A stretch of DNA of 64,000 nt, taken from Mobula hypostoma. Taxonomy: Eukaryota. The translations under genes were made by a program, and so were the position numbers. Numbering within the stretch: position 1 is the first letter of the stretch; each line of letters opens with the position of its first letter. Below are positions 62,793-64,000 of this stretch, piece after piece. The DNA lies in the NCBI RefSeq assembly GCF_963921235.1, contig NC_086098.1, positions 1,240,001 through 1,304,000 on the forward strand, given 5' to 3'. The notes under the pieces were generated by a model. That model ran no database searches. It was given only the letters and a program-made list of their open reading frames with translations, and was not told the DNA's origin.

Positions 62793-63230
62793 AGTTGATG
62801 TTTCAGTCTGAGACCCTTCTTCAGGTCAGAGAAACATTCAGAATGAAAAATTGGTCTAGCCTGAAATATATTTTTATGCCTATACATAAATATACAGTAC
62901 ATTTCTACCTTCCTTGTGATACTGGATTGACCTGTGATAATATTTACTTGGAGCAACACCCTGAGCTTGACTTGAACAGGCTGATATGACTACACAATAG
63001 TTTGCGGACTGCAGGTTCATGTAAGTATTGTCTTTCCCCTATCACCTGGATCAACCTGTCACCTGCTGGCTCTTGCTTCACCCCTTCCACACACCCCAAC
63101 CACATTTCTATACTGATTATCAACCCTCATTCTTTTCCGTCTCAGTGCAGGGTCTTGACCCGAAACTTGTATTCTGCTGCACGGGTTCTGCCTGACCTAC
63201 TGTGTTCTTCCAGCATTTTGTGTGTTCCAC
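62793..63230. mobile_element. Degraded Penelope-like terminal remnants: minus-strand hammerhead-like motif at 62793-62828, plus-strand copy at ~63040-63230
   Basis: Minus: CTGAAGA-A-GGGTCTCAGACT-GAAACATC. Plus: GCAGGGTCTTGACCCGAAAC...CTTCCAGCATTTTGTGTG. Confidence 0.55.
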
Positions 63231-63289
63231 AATCCTTGGTGACATCTTCACTGAATGCTCTGATATTGGAACCTGTGAGAGAGAAGCAA

Positions 63290-64000
63290 TGACTTTGGTT
63301 GGAGGGTGGCTAATGTAACCCCGCTTTTTAAAAAAGGAGCGAGAGAGAAACCGGGGAATTATAGACCGGTTAGCCTAACATCGGTGGTGGGGAAAATGCT
63401 AGAGTCAGTTATCAAAGATGTGATAACAGTACATTTGGAAAGCGATGAAATCATCGGACAAAGTCAGCATGGATTTGTGAAAGGAAAATCATGTCTGACG
63501 AATCTCATAGAATTTTTTGAGGATGTAACTAGTAGAGTGGATAGGGGAGAACCAGTGGATGTGGTATATTTGGATTTTCAAAAGGCTTTTGACAAGGTCC
63601 TACACAGGAGATGAGTGTGCAAACTTAAAAGCAAACTGTATTGGGGGTAAGGTATTGATGTGGATAGAGAATTGGTTGGCAGACAGGAAGCAAAGAGTGG
63701 GAATAAACGGGACCTTTTCAGAATGGCAGGCAGTGACTAGTGGGGTACCGCAAGGCTCAGTGCTGGGACCCCAGTTGTTTACAATATATATTAATGACTT
63801 GGACAAGGGAATTAAATGCAGCATCTCCAAGTTTGTGGATGACACGAAGCTGGGCGGCAGTGTTAGCTGTAAGGAGGATGCTAAGAGGATGCAGGGTGAC
63901 TTAGGTAGGTTAGGTGAGTGGGCAAATTCATGGCAGATGCAATTTAATGTGGATAAATGTGAGGTTATCCACTTTGGTGGCAAGAACAGGAAAACAGATT
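63290..64000 (+). mobile_element. CR1 copy N (same subfamily as C), runs off the right edge
   Basis: Nearly identical to 20995-21700. Confidence 0.92.

Noticed and set aside
62793..62828. Functional hammerhead ribozyme on the minus strand
   Set aside because: The core boxes are present, but helix III (ACAU instead of ACGU) and helix I are disrupted. Treated as a decayed copy.

Overview
This is vertebrate genomic DNA, most likely from a cartilaginous fish (inferred from the repeat families and the protein). It contains one host gene: the intronless POU class 3 transcription factor POU3F2/Brn2 on the minus strand (CDS 53576->52425, 383 aa). The gene has a CpG-rich CCAAT promoter and a near-consensus CTCF site about 2.7 kb past the stop codon. 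Positions 1-16 kb are a strand-asymmetric 30-bp minisatellite with kb-scale higher-order duplications, grading into a related 30-34-bp array; all the repetitive ORFs there are artefacts. Positions 16-34.5 kb and 55.8-64 kb are stacked, nested CR1-type LINE copies, one of which has an uninterrupted endonuclease+RT ORF2. Positions 34.5-55 kb are mostly unique sequence with short repeat remnants: Penelope-like terminal repeats carrying hammerhead-ribozyme motifs, a palindromic mariner-derived MITE, Rex1/Babar-like 3' ends and a SINE. The most interesting signal is in three divergent CR1 copies. In each, ORF1 ends in-frame with the slippery heptamer U_UUA_AAC directly before its stop, and the -1 frame runs AUG-free into the ORF2 endonuclease. 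This suggests programmed -1 ribosomal frameshifting to make an ORF1-ORF2 fusion in a non-LTR retrotransposon. Repeat boundaries were set by eye and are approximate unless junction sequence is quoted.
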